Origin: an uncultured virus (IMG/VR IMGVR_UViG_3300030330_002895)
Taxonomy: Duplodnaviria > Heunggongvirae > Uroviricota > Caudoviricetes
IMG/VR virus record: IMGVR_UViG_3300030330_002895
Coordinates: 1-64,000 of that record
Strand: one strand, 5' to 3'
DNA: 64,000 nt
Part shown: positions 17,483-27,400 of the stretch, piece after piece
Layout: each line of letters opens with the position of its first letter
How positions within the stretch are numbered: position 1 is the first letter of the stretch
Translations under genes and position numbers: made by a program
The notes under the pieces: generated by a model
Databases searched by the model: none
What the model was told of the DNA's origin: nothing
The model's input: the letters and a program-made list of their open reading frames with translations, nothing else

Positions 17483-18508
17483 ATGAGTGAAAACACAAAA
17501 ACAGGCGAAGACCTAATTGAAAAGGTTGAGCAACAAGTTGAGGAAACAACAGAAAACAATGAAAGTGCTGGGTTTAACCCTAAAGCATTTATGTCAGAAG
17601 ATTCTTCTGAAGTTAAAGAAGAAGCTGTAGAAGAGCAAAAAGAAGAAGCAGTAGAAAATAGAAGTGCAGAAGAAGAGGAAGAAACAGATGAAGATGATTT
17701 TTCTTGGGACTCTATAGAAACTGAAACTAAAGAAGAAAGTGTAAAAGAGGAAGAAGAGGATTGGGACGCTAAACCTGAAGCAAAAGAAGAAGAGTCTGAC
17801 AAAACAGAAGAAAAAGAGGCGCCATATGATTGGGAAACTCTAGCTAGCGAAATAGGGGTTAAAGCTACAGATGAAGAGAGCTTTAAAGCCGCAGTAAAAC
17901 AAATGCTAGACAACCCAGCTCCTGTAAATGATACTATTACACAGTTGCAGGATTTTATAAAAATGGGTGACCGAAAACTTATCGAAGCTGACCTTGAGGC
18001 ATCGGGAATGGAAAAAGAAGAAATTAAAGATACTGTAGATAGAATGCAGGATTCTGGTCTTCTAAAAAGGGAAGCTGTTATGTTAAGAAAAAATTTGCAA
18101 AACTATATTGCTAATGAAAGAGATAGATTAAGAAAGATAGAAAAAGAAAGAGTTGCGACAAAAGAGAAAGAAAATCTAAATAGCAGAAAAGCTTTGCAAA
18201 AATATATAAAAGAAAAAGAGGACTTTTTTGGAGGTAAAATTAAAAACACCGAAAAGAAAGAACTTTATAACTATATAACATCAGGAGAATTTTCTGAAGA
18301 ATTATACAGTACTCATGCCAATGTTGCGGATGCTGCGTTCTTATGGAAATATAAAGACAAAATCTTTAAGATGTTACGTGGCCAAGGAATGGAAAAGGGT
18401 AAAGCCGCAGTAATTAATAAAATTACTAATCCAAACTTAGGACGAAAGTCTCAGCATGTTGAAACTAAACAAAAAAGTGGTTTTGACCCTGTTGAGTTTA
18501 TGAAGTAA
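17483..18508 (+). CDS. acidic scaffold-like protein between portal and capsid genes
   Basis: Very Glu-rich N-terminal half, helical C-terminal half, conserved crAss position. Confidence 0.7.
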   Translation: MSENTKTGEDLIEKVEQQVEETTENNESAGFNPKAFMSEDSSEVKEEAVEEQKEEAVENRSAEEEEETDEDDFSWDSIETETKEESVKEEEEDWDAKPEAKEEESDKTEEKEAPYDWETLASEIGVKATDEESFKAAVKQMLDNPAPVNDTITQLQDFIKMGDRKLIEADLEASGMEKEEIKDTVDRMQDSGLLKREAVMLRKNLQNYIANERDRLRKIEKERVATKEKENLNSRKALQKYIKEKEDFFGGKIKNTEKKELYNYITSGEFSEELYSTHANVADAAFLWKYKDKIFKMLRGQGMEKGKAAVINKITNPNLGRKSQHVETKQKSGFDPVEFMK

Positions 18509-18543
18509 TAAATAAGAAGGCAACGCTATTTTATTTGTTATTG

Positions 18544-18553
18544 NNNNNNNNNN
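18544..18553. other. assembly gap (10 N)
   Basis: Run of n; hides the start of the capsid gene. Confidence 0.99.
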
Positions 18554-19951
18554 ACAACGGATGAGAACGCGTTGGTAACCAACTTACTAAAATACCCAGA
18601 GATAGGTAAGAAAATTATCTCTCAATATCCACGTTTCTCTCTAACATATTTGTTAGAAGCTGCAGGTAGAAATGCTGCAGAAAAAGTTATCGGCGATTAC
18701 GCTTTCGAATGGAAGATGATGGGTCGATACAGAAAACCATGTACAATTCACACATCTACAGGAGGAGCTACAGGCGCTATATCTGCAGGTAGTACATTTA
18801 CATTAACTTTTACACATGATACTGCTAATGGTACTTATGGTAATAATTTAAATGTAAACGATGTAGTTAGAATGCCTTCTGGTAACACAGCAATCGTAAC
18901 AGATGCTGGTACTCCAGGTTCTGCTTCTAATGTAGTAACATTCCGAGCTATAGACGCAATTAACGAAACTACAGCTGATGGTGATGTTATAGGTTGTATT
19001 GGTAATGCATTTAATCAAGGTTCATTAGGGTCTGAGGTAGGACAAAACTACGCTTACCCAGATACTTACAAGAACTGGTTAACTCTATCTCGTAAAAAAA
19101 CAAAAATTATGGGAACTGACTTAACTGATGTTACTTGGATTGAGTCTAATGGACACAGATTATGGTATTTCACAAAAGAACAACAAATGACTGACCAGTT
19201 TATGTATGAGCTAGAACTACAAAGATGGTATGGTAAAAAATCATATGCAGAAACAAGTGGACTTGTTACTAGTGCAGATGATTATCCAGGTGATAGAGGA
19301 GACCATATAGCAGGATTACCTATGATGGGTGATGGTTTATTAGCACAAATTGATGGAGCTAATCAAGCTACATATACAGCTGGTGCGTTAACTGAAGAAG
19401 ATATTGTAAACTTTATTGGTACACTTTCTAAAAATGCATTAAATGCAGAAGGAAATGTATTTACAGTATTTACTGGTACACAAGGAAGAATTGACTTCCA
19501 CAGAGCTATGAAAGACTTATTAGTTACTCTAGGTTCTGGTACTCCAGTATTCGCTGGTAAAGGAGGAGGTGATGTAGCATTAGGTGCTAACTTCCAAGAG
19601 TACAATGTTTTAGGTAATAAGATGATTCTATCTTACTGCCCAGTATTTGATGACCCGAACTTACATAATTCTATTTCATCTACATTTGATACTTCAAATG
19701 AATCAGGTAAAATGGTATTTATTGATATGGGAATTCAAAATGGTGTTAGTAATGTAGAGTTAATTGCTAAAGGTGCTGAAGGTTTTAACAGAAGTTTTGT
19801 TAAAAAATATGTACCTGGAATGGTTAACCCTTATGACTATAACTCGATGATGGCTGCTAACGGTGATGACTTCTTTGAATGTCAAATTCTTTCTGAATCT
19901 GGTATTATTCTTAGAAACCCATTATCTTGTGGTATATTATCTAATTCGTAA
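18554..19951 (+). CDS. major capsid protein (5' end in the gap)
   Basis: Frame is open from 18554 (TTDENALVTNLL...); FEWKMMG, GDGLLAQI, VFTGTQG and GIILRNP motifs plus position are typical of crAss-like MCP. Confidence 0.88.
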   Translation, partial: TTDENALVTNLLKYPEIGKKIISQYPRFSLTYLLEAAGRNAAEKVIGDYAFEWKMMGRYRKPCTIHTSTGGATGAISAGSTFTLTFTHDTANGTYGNNLNVNDVVRMPSGNTAIVTDAGTPGSASNVVTFRAIDAINETTADGDVIGCIGNAFNQGSLGSEVGQNYAYPDTYKNWLTLSRKKTKIMGTDLTDVTWIESNGHRLWYFTKEQQMTDQFMYELELQRWYGKKSYAETSGLVTSADDYPGDRGDHIAGLPMMGDGLLAQIDGANQATYTAGALTEEDIVNFIGTLSKNALNAEGNVFTVFTGTQGRIDFHRAMKDLLVTLGSGTPVFAGKGGGDVALGANFQEYNVLGNKMILSYCPVFDDPNLHNSISSTFDTSNESGKMVFIDMGIQNGVSNVELIAKGAEGFNRSFVKKYVPGMVNPYDYNSMMAANGDDFFECQILSESGIILRNPLSCGILSNS

Positions 19952-19961
19952 ATTGATTTAT

Positions 19962-19993
19962 AATGGGGTGGGCAACTGCCCCATTTAACTTTT
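19962..19993 (+). terminator. hairpin/terminator after MCP
   Basis: AATGGGGTGG-GCAA-CTGCCCCATT followed by TAACTTTT. Confidence 0.7.
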
Positions 19994-20007
19994 AAAAATA
20001 AAATAAA

Positions 20008-20313
20008 ATGGCTAGATTTATATATGCAAGAACCGCAGCCAATGACGCAATTTGTTTAAATATTGAAAAAATAATTGACATTTCTATAAGTGCAGATGAC
20101 ACATTATTAATTGAGTTTGAAAAATCTGATGGTGGAGCTGGCTCAATTGCTCTTGATTGTGTTGCTTCTGCTACAGACGCGCAAGAAAAGTCTTTACTTC
20201 TTGAAGTTACTAATGCAATAGCTGGTAGTAACGTTAAGGTAATAACTTTAAAAGACGATGTTACAGGCGAAGGTTTTGCAAACATATTAACTGTGGGTAC
20301 TATAGCTCACTAG
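20008..20313 (+). CDS. putative capsid accessory protein, paralog family A
   Basis: RFIYAR...DAICL...LIEFEKS...ITLKDDVTGE; directly after MCP. Confidence 0.7.
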   Translation: MARFIYARTAANDAICLNIEKIIDISISADDTLLIEFEKSDGGAGSIALDCVASATDAQEKSLLLEVTNAIAGSNVKVITLKDDVTGEGFANILTVGTIAH

Positions 20314-20327
20314 TAAATCAATGTGAC

Positions 20328-20350
20328 GAGGGGGAAAGTTAACCCCCCTC
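20328..20350 (+). terminator. intergenic hairpin
   Basis: GAGGGGG...CCCCCTC stem; weak U tail. Confidence 0.5.
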
Positions 20351-20400
20351 TAATCATTTAAAAATAGGAAACTAAGTGTTAACTTTAAAAATTATAAAAA

Positions 20401-20910
20401 ATGAAAGATGTATTTAGCGTAAGACGGTCTCAAGATGGGGACCAAGTCTTAAAATCCTTAAACGGACAGTTTCAGTCTATTGTTGAGGTTTCTGACGCAA
20501 CATATAATGTAGAAGACCACCAATCAGGTTCAATTTTTACATTAAATAGAGCTGCAGGAATCGCTGTTACTTTACCAGCTGCAGAAGTAGGTTTAGTATA
20601 TGAGTTTTATATTGCTGCTACTTTTACAGGTACGTGTACAATAACTGCAGATTCAAGTGCAGATACTTACACAGGTATGATAACTAAAATTGACAAAGAT
20701 GAAAAAGGCTCTGTAGTTGCATTAAATGAAGATATTGATACAACATGTTTTGATATACCAGCTGCTGCAGATTACATACTAACATTAGATGCCGACACGG
20801 ATGGAAGATTCCTAGGAGGACATTTAAAATTTGTATGTGTTTCTGATTCTAAATGGAGTATATCTGGAAATCTTTTCGGAGATGGTACAGGTACTCATAT
20901 GTTTAGTTAA
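20401..20910 (+). CDS. putative capsid decoration/fibre protein
   Basis: QSGSIFTLNRAAGIAVTLPAAEVGLVYEF...W beta-rich pattern common in phage virion proteins. Confidence 0.6.
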   Translation: MKDVFSVRRSQDGDQVLKSLNGQFQSIVEVSDATYNVEDHQSGSIFTLNRAAGIAVTLPAAEVGLVYEFYIAATFTGTCTITADSSADTYTGMITKIDKDEKGSVVALNEDIDTTCFDIPAAADYILTLDADTDGRFLGGHLKFVCVSDSKWSISGNLFGDGTGTHMFS

Positions 20911-20922
20911 GGACTAATTTAT

Positions 20923-20954
20923 ATACTTATCCCCTCTTCGGAGGGGGTAGGTAT
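20923..20954 (+). terminator. stable cUUCGg hairpin
   Basis: ATACTTATCCCCTC-TTCG-GAGGGGGTAGGTAT, a 14-bp stem with GU pairs. Confidence 0.7.
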
Positions 20955-20961
20955 TATTATT

Positions 20962-21111
20962 ATGGCAAGGACAATATTAAAATATAACCCAAATACTGGG
21001 AAAGTGGAAGAACACTCGGAGTCTACTCGAAAGAGCGGGTGTAATCTATTAATTAAACAAAGCGGGCCAGGTTTGAAGTGGACTAGCAAACATGGACAAA
21101 AAATTAAATAA
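20962..21111 (+). CDS. small basic protein (49 aa)
   Basis: MARTILKYNPNTGKVEEH...KWTSKHGQKIK; fills the gap. Not in the ORF track. Confidence 0.6.
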   Translation: MARTILKYNPNTGKVEEHSESTRKSGCNLLIKQSGPGLKWTSKHGQKIK

Positions 21112-21117
21112 ATAATT

Positions 21118-21825
21118 ATGAGCAAAAACAAACATTTGGTTTATTACAGAAGTAAAAACCCACAAAGAATGAGTTATGTCTTTTTTGGAAACTATAAAGA
21201 CAAAACTGGAAAGCAACACACTTACACAGATGTAAATGGTGTTGCACATAGAGGATTTCCTAATACTAATCCTGTGATTAGATTAGATATTATGCAAGAA
21301 CATCACAAACTAGCTGATGAGTTTTTAAAAGGACACCCACTAGTAGAAAATGGTTCTTGGTTAAGAGAAGACTCTATAGAAAGACAAGAGCAAGAAGCTA
21401 GTGCAATAATGACATCAGCTAATGCTGTTATGGAAGCTGCTAAATTAAATATGGCTGAAGTAAGAGAATTAGCACGATTGTTAGGATTAAACTTAGATTC
21501 TAGAGATGATATCTTAAAGGCTCACGTTCTAAAAATAGCTGCAGAAAATCCAGACTATTTTATGAGAATGTGGTTTGATGAAGATAAGCACTATAGAGTA
21601 TTTGTTTTAGAAGCACAGCAAGCACAAATTATTAAATGGGAAAAAGATGTTTTTAAATATGGTACACAAACTATAGGAATATCAGAAGACCAAGTAATAA
21701 AATGGTGTAAAGACAATAAAGATATTTTTGCATTACTTAAAAACCAGTTAAATGGTGGAGGTAAAGTAGAAATGGATTTGGTTGAACAAAAGCAGGAAGC
21801 TACTAAGAAAAAAACAAAAAAATAG
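21118..21825 (+). CDS. conserved crAss-like structural protein (post-capsid gene)
   Basis: Position and the ELARLLG...AAENPDYF...IGISEDQVIKW pattern. Confidence 0.6.
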   Translation: MSKNKHLVYYRSKNPQRMSYVFFGNYKDKTGKQHTYTDVNGVAHRGFPNTNPVIRLDIMQEHHKLADEFLKGHPLVENGSWLREDSIERQEQEASAIMTSANAVMEAAKLNMAEVRELARLLGLNLDSRDDILKAHVLKIAAENPDYFMRMWFDEDKHYRVFVLEAQQAQIIKWEKDVFKYGTQTIGISEDQVIKWCKDNKDIFALLKNQLNGGGKVEMDLVEQKQEATKKKTKK

Positions 21826-21831
21826 TAGCAC

Positions 21832-22605
21832 ATGATAATAGATGCGGCAAGCGCTAGGGAAAGGGTTAGACTTATCTTAGATAGGGCTAACTCTCCTTGG
21901 CTTACAGATACTGAAATAAACGGTTTTATAGAAATGTCTATAAACGAATATCTTCGTGAAAGAGTTGGTATGTTTGGCGCTAATCAAAAAATTAGAGATG
22001 ATTTTGGTTCTTTTGTTAAAAGTATAGTTTTTTCTGCAGCTTTAACAAATGAAGATGAAGAACCAGGAGAGGATGTTATAAGAAGGCAATATAAAAATTT
22101 TGATGATAACGGAGTTTTAATTCCAACTGGATTAATGCCGCTAATAACACCAGGTGGAGAATATGCAAGTGAAGAAATGGGTGTTGTGTGTTCTATTAAG
22201 GATAATGAAGATGATAATGATGTAAACACAGATTCTATTAATTTTGGTTATTTAGTAGAAATAAAAATATATGGAAATTCTCAATTAGCAAGTGTTGTAA
22301 AAATAATGCAATTAGATGACGCTTTGTCTGTTAAGTCAGACCCGTTTCGTCAAGCTAGCACAGTAGCAATGGAATATCATGCTGTTAGGGTTCACAATAA
22401 TTATATTGTAAGACCAGCTCCTCTTAATAGTTATATTGTTATAACGTATGTTTCCAATAACAATAGTGTAGACCACATAGAATGGTTACCTATTCATGGA
22501 AGAGAAGAGGTTTGTCAAATTGCTGCTAGAAAAATAATGGGTACAGTTGCTGATGAAAGAATGCCTGCTGCTGATAATGAAATAAAACAATTAGAGGGAA
22601 AATAA
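21832..22605 (+). CDS. tail ring/adaptor protein
   Basis: LDRANSPWLTDTEINGFI N-terminus and LPIHGREEVCQIAA C-terminus, typical of crAss ring proteins. Confidence 0.65.
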   Translation: MIIDAASARERVRLILDRANSPWLTDTEINGFIEMSINEYLRERVGMFGANQKIRDDFGSFVKSIVFSAALTNEDEEPGEDVIRRQYKNFDDNGVLIPTGLMPLITPGGEYASEEMGVVCSIKDNEDDNDVNTDSINFGYLVEIKIYGNSQLASVVKIMQLDDALSVKSDPFRQASTVAMEYHAVRVHNNYIVRPAPLNSYIVITYVSNNNSVDHIEWLPIHGREEVCQIAARKIMGTVADERMPAADNEIKQLEGK

Positions 22606-22623
22606 TTTTGCTCCCTGCTTTGT

Positions 22624-22660
22624 GATGAGGGGTTAGGTTAGCCCTGCCCCTTATCTTTTT
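22624..22660 (+). terminator. intrinsic terminator
   Basis: GATGAGGGG...CCCCTTATC stem followed by TTTTT. Confidence 0.65.
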
Positions 22661-22672
22661 AAAATTATAAAT

Positions 22673-23374
22673 ATGATAACATTAGACCAAATAGCATATA
22701 ATATTAAAAACTTAGTAGAGGGGGGAATATCAGGTGAAGATTCTAATTTGTCTATTAGGCAAATAAAACATATGGTACATTATCATAGAGCTAATCTTTT
22801 AACTAAATATACTGACAGCGGCAGATATACTTCGGATGTTATTTTTCAAGAACAATCAAAAACATTATCTAGTTCTACACAAACAATACCTGAGCTTATT
22901 GGTTGGGCTAACAATAGGGCTATAAAACAAATATATATACAAAAATCAAGTAATCCTATTCGCAAATATCATGTAGGTATAATGAGTGAGCCAGATAAAA
23001 CTTTTTTTGAATCTTCTAGATTTGCCCCTAATAAAAGTCAATTTTTTTGTACAATAACACCAGGGGGAATATTAAGGTTTTACGAAAATGATGGACAGCT
23101 TTTTGCAGATGAAACATATAATGCAATTATTACGGCATGTTTTGCAAATCCAGTATCAGCTGGCGCTAGTTCAGGAGGCAGGTATCCTATACCCATGGAA
23201 TTAGTTAGTTCTTTAATAGAAACAGTTTTAGCTAAAGAATTTGGTGTTTATTTATCAGTTCCTACTGACAATATAAATGATTCTGTTGACAACAAGGGGG
23301 CGGCAGCATCTACGGGACCTGTGTCTGCACCACTTAATGCTAATGCTAGGTCAAGAAGCGCTAGAACAAGATAG
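22673..23374 (+). CDS. tail ring/adaptor protein
   Basis: TLDQIAYNI...SIRQIKHMVHYHRA...FANP...YPIP...DNIND pattern of crAss ring proteins. Confidence 0.65.
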   Translation: MITLDQIAYNIKNLVEGGISGEDSNLSIRQIKHMVHYHRANLLTKYTDSGRYTSDVIFQEQSKTLSSSTQTIPELIGWANNRAIKQIYIQKSSNPIRKYHVGIMSEPDKTFFESSRFAPNKSQFFCTITPGGILRFYENDGQLFADETYNAIITACFANPVSAGASSGGRYPIPMELVSSLIETVLAKEFGVYLSVPTDNINDSVDNKGAAASTGPVSAPLNANARSRSARTR

Positions 23375-23376
23375 TT

Positions 23377-23802
23377 ATGAATATAAGAGACTATAAAGAT
23401 AAATACGTTTTTTTAAAAGATGTGTTTAATAATATAAAAAAAAATATAAAAGTAAGGGGAAGTAAAAGGGATAAACAGTTAAGTTATACTGAATATAGAA
23501 ATATAATAAAAACATATTTTGATATTATTATTGAAGATGTTGCTGTAAATAGAAACAAAGTTAAGCTACCTTCTAGGTTTGGTACTGTTTATATAAAAAA
23601 ATGTAAAAATAAAAGACCTTTTCACATAAGGGTAGATATAGCTGAAAGTGAAAGGCGTGGAGAAGTAGTAAAATATAAAGTTCCTATATTGGAAAATTAT
23701 TATAATAAATTAGTTTGGTTAAGGCCAAAAAAATTTAAAAAATGTAAAGTGCTACCTTTGTATAAGTTTAAAAGTATTATAAAGGAAATAAAAGAATATT
23801 AA
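23377..23802 (+). CDS. IHF/HU-like protein of the crAss structural block
   Basis: Basic; VKLPSRFGTVYIKK motif; conserved location before the tail tube gene. Confidence 0.6.
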   Translation: MNIRDYKDKYVFLKDVFNNIKKNIKVRGSKRDKQLSYTEYRNIIKTYFDIIIEDVAVNRNKVKLPSRFGTVYIKKCKNKRPFHIRVDIAESERRGEVVKYKVPILENYYNKLVWLRPKKFKKCKVLPLYKFKSIIKEIKEY

Positions 23803-23803
23803 T

Positions 23804-24463
23804 ATGAATGGACAAGTTGGAAAAAGAGTAAGCATAAAAAGAGTAGTAAGTAATGTTATAAGAAATTTAGACATAACAGATGCTTCTAGAAACTTTTACC
23901 ATTTTGTAGAATGGGCATTTGATGCAGAAAGAAAGATAGGCTCTTATAAAACATTTGTAAAAAAAACTGCAACTATTAATGTAGTAAACAAACAAGCGTC
24001 TATGCCTAATGATTTTTTAAGTTTAATAGATGTAAAAAAAGCAGGAGATGCTTCTAACTCTACTTATTTTTCACAAAGTTCTGCTACTTTTCCAGAAAAC
24101 ACAAGTAAATCAAATTCTTTTTACTTAACAGAGGATACTATAAATTTATCAAATAATGATTGCTCTTCTTTAGATATAGCTTATTATGCTATAGACACAG
24201 ATGATGAGGGGTTTCCAACTATAGCAGACGGACATGAAGACGCAGTTTCTGCTTATCTTATGTTTAAATATAAAGCAAGAGATTATTATAATGGAAAATT
24301 AGCTAGAAATATATATGTAGATTTACAAACTAATTGGCAAAGATTATGTGCGCAAGCACGAGGTAATGACAATATGCCTAGCCCTATAGAAATGAAAAAA
24401 GCGGCTTCTATATGGAACACATTGGTTCCTGTTAAAAGTTTAAATGGATTACTTAACGTATAA
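23804..24463 (+). CDS. tail tubular (ring) protein
   Basis: VEWAFDAERKIG, IAYYAIDTDDEGFPTIAD, WQRLCAQA motifs. Confidence 0.7.
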   Translation: MNGQVGKRVSIKRVVSNVIRNLDITDASRNFYHFVEWAFDAERKIGSYKTFVKKTATINVVNKQASMPNDFLSLIDVKKAGDASNSTYFSQSSATFPENTSKSNSFYLTEDTINLSNNDCSSLDIAYYAIDTDDEGFPTIADGHEDAVSAYLMFKYKARDYYNGKLARNIYVDLQTNWQRLCAQARGNDNMPSPIEMKKAASIWNTLVPVKSLNGLLNV

Positions 24464-27400
24464 TGAGAAAACCAGGAAAACCAAATACATTTGGAAAGGG
24501 TATGATGATGGATATGGACCCATTGTTACAACCTAAAGAGTCTTATAGATATGCAAAAAATATAAGACTAAATTCTTATGTTGGAAAAAATATATCTGTA
24601 CAACCATACGACAGTGACAAATTAGCTCTGTCTTTAGGAAGCGGACAAATAACTACATTTGAAACCAATACAATTAGTGATATAGTAAATTGGCAAGCAG
24701 TTAGCGATGAAATATATACAAATTGGTCTCAATTAACATGGCAAGCATTTTTTGATTATATAACTAATGCAAGTTTTGGTTTAGATTTAGAAGAATTTTT
24801 TACTAGTGGAACTTTGTCTGATAATTATAATTTAACAGGCTCTCCTTCTTCTGCTTATGTAATGATAGGAGATTATGTATCTTCAGGTTTGTATTATGAA
24901 GATGTATCTCAAGACACACAACTTAGCAATTTGCAACTTTTACCTGCTTTTACAGAGGGTGGTTATTATATTAATTTTTATAATTTATTTTTAGAAAATA
25001 ACACAACCCTTCCATTAACCACTGTTGCATCAGGTGTGGAAGATAGCAACGCAGATGGTGTTGGCTTGACATTTACTGTAACTTTAACATTAAGTGATGA
25101 AAATACAGAAGTTATAGATGTAGAAGTGCCGCCATTTGCAGAAATTACAGATGCTACACAAAATCCTTTATACTTTGAAAGCATTATAGCAAATCAAATA
25201 ACATTGTCTGACAATGATATTAGCGCAACTGTAAACACATCTTCTGGGGGAAACAATTTGTGGGCTTTTAGTACTACAACAGAAATAACTGTAACAAGTG
25301 TAAATATAGTAGTAAATGGTGATATTGCTATAAGCACTGCTATAGATAATTTTGCAATAGAAAATACTTGGAGAAATGAATGGCTTGCATATGACACAGT
25401 AGATTCTGACTATTATGCTGATGAAGGAATTTTGTGGGAATTTATGACCGAAGAAGTAGGAACATATTTTTCAGAAAGAATTAATTCATATGTTAATTCT
25501 GTTGATGGTGTTAATGATACTTTTGCAATAGAAAATTTTCAACTATTACAACAAGATACAACTACTGATGCTAGTGACTTAAGTGACGTGGTGATTTCTA
25601 AGGGAATGCAAATTTTAGGTTCATATGCTTTTTCTGATTATTTAGTAATATTAGGAACTTGGCCAGAGCAAGAAAATATAACTGGTTATAAAACTGATTT
25701 TGTTATAAAAACTTCACAACAAAAAGACGGCACATTAACTAGTGCTGGACAACAAGGTTTGTATCAATTATTTTTTGTAGGAAACCTTGGATTTGAAAAC
25801 AAGAAAAAACTTAAAGTTGTAGGCGCTGAAGAAAATGAACATGTAAGAAGAATATATTTTACTGATGGAGATATTCCTTTAAGAACAATGAATGTTGGCG
25901 CTAACCCATCTATATATTCACAATATACTAATGACCCAGGTTATTTTGATTTATTTGTAGAAACTAAAGTTAGTATACCAAAAGTAACGGGATTTGTAGA
26001 TGGTGGAAATTTAGAAAGCATAGGTCATTCGTATGCTTTTAGATATAAAACATTAGATGGTAGATTGTCAAGAATTTCGCCTGTTTCTAATCCAGCGTCA
26101 TTACCTGTTTCTGGCTCTGCACAACCTGCATCTTTTACTAAAGGTGGTAATCCAGGCGTTAATACATCTAAAAGTATAACTGGTGTTATAGAAAATTTAG
26201 ATACAAGGTATCCATATGTAGAGATGATACATATTCCGTATATTGGAGGCGCACCTGGTGTTGCACAAGTTTTTGCTACTATACCAGTCCCAGTGGGTCA
26301 AACTACATTAAGCTGGACACACACAGGAACAGAAATAGTGAGAGAAGAAATAATAGCATTAGAATTTGGTGCTGATTATGTTAGTTGGGATACATGTAAG
26401 GCTTTAGAAATTAAAGATAATAGATTGTTTGTTGGTAATTTAAAAGGTGTAGCAGAATCAGTTCCTACAGATTTTACTGTAGTTTCTTATAATAGCTGGA
26501 ATCAACACCACTCTTATGAATCTGGAAATCCAGATTTATACAGTGACCTATTGTATTCTATAGCTGGTATAAGTTATAATGCTAATGGTGAAGATGCTGA
26601 TTATCATAGCCCACAAACAGAAGATTATGGTAAATACACTAAACCTAATGGTTATGACCCATACAGATATATACAGGGACCAACAGAAACAGAAGGAGAG
26701 CAAAATGGATTATACCAATCATCTTTATCTGCTCCAGAATATTGGACTGCAGAAAACACTGCTCCGCAACCCTATTCTGTTAGAAGAGGTATATTTGGCG
26801 CAGAAAGTAAACATTTTAGAACGCCTTTAGAGAATGGAGAGTTTGAAGGTGTTAGAGTAACTTTTAGAATTTTAGGCTCTGAACCTGATGACGTTTTACC
26901 CGTAGAGTTAGATAGTCAAGATAAATTAATATCTACAGGTAGTGAAATAGCTGCAAGACCACCCTTTTATCGTGTTGAAAAAAATCAAGAAACAGGAGGT
27001 TATTATGCTAATTACGCTAATCCAATGTATAATTCTAATTATGTAGGATACAGAAGAGGAGAAATATATAGATTTGGTTTGTTGTTTTATGATAAAAAAG
27101 GTTCTCCTATGTTTGTAAAAAGAATAGGAGATGTGCGAATGCCAGAGCATAGTACCGAATACATAGTCCCATCATTTTCTGGAAGTAGTGTAAATGGTTT
27201 TGACATGAAATGGCCATATTATTATCAAACCAGTAGAAGTAATTTAGATGGAGGTTTTGTTGATTGGCCTAGTCCAACTTGGGATGAAGAAAATTACATA
27301 AAACCATATTCTCAACATGATAAAGGAGAAGGTCAAAAGGCATGTGTTTTATATCCTTATTTTGAAGTAAAGCTTTCTTCTGAAACTTGCAAAAAAATTA

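Noticed and set aside
18572..18574. TTG start of the capsid gene given by the ORF track
   Set aside because: The frame stays open back to the N gap, so the true start is probably within the missing sequence.
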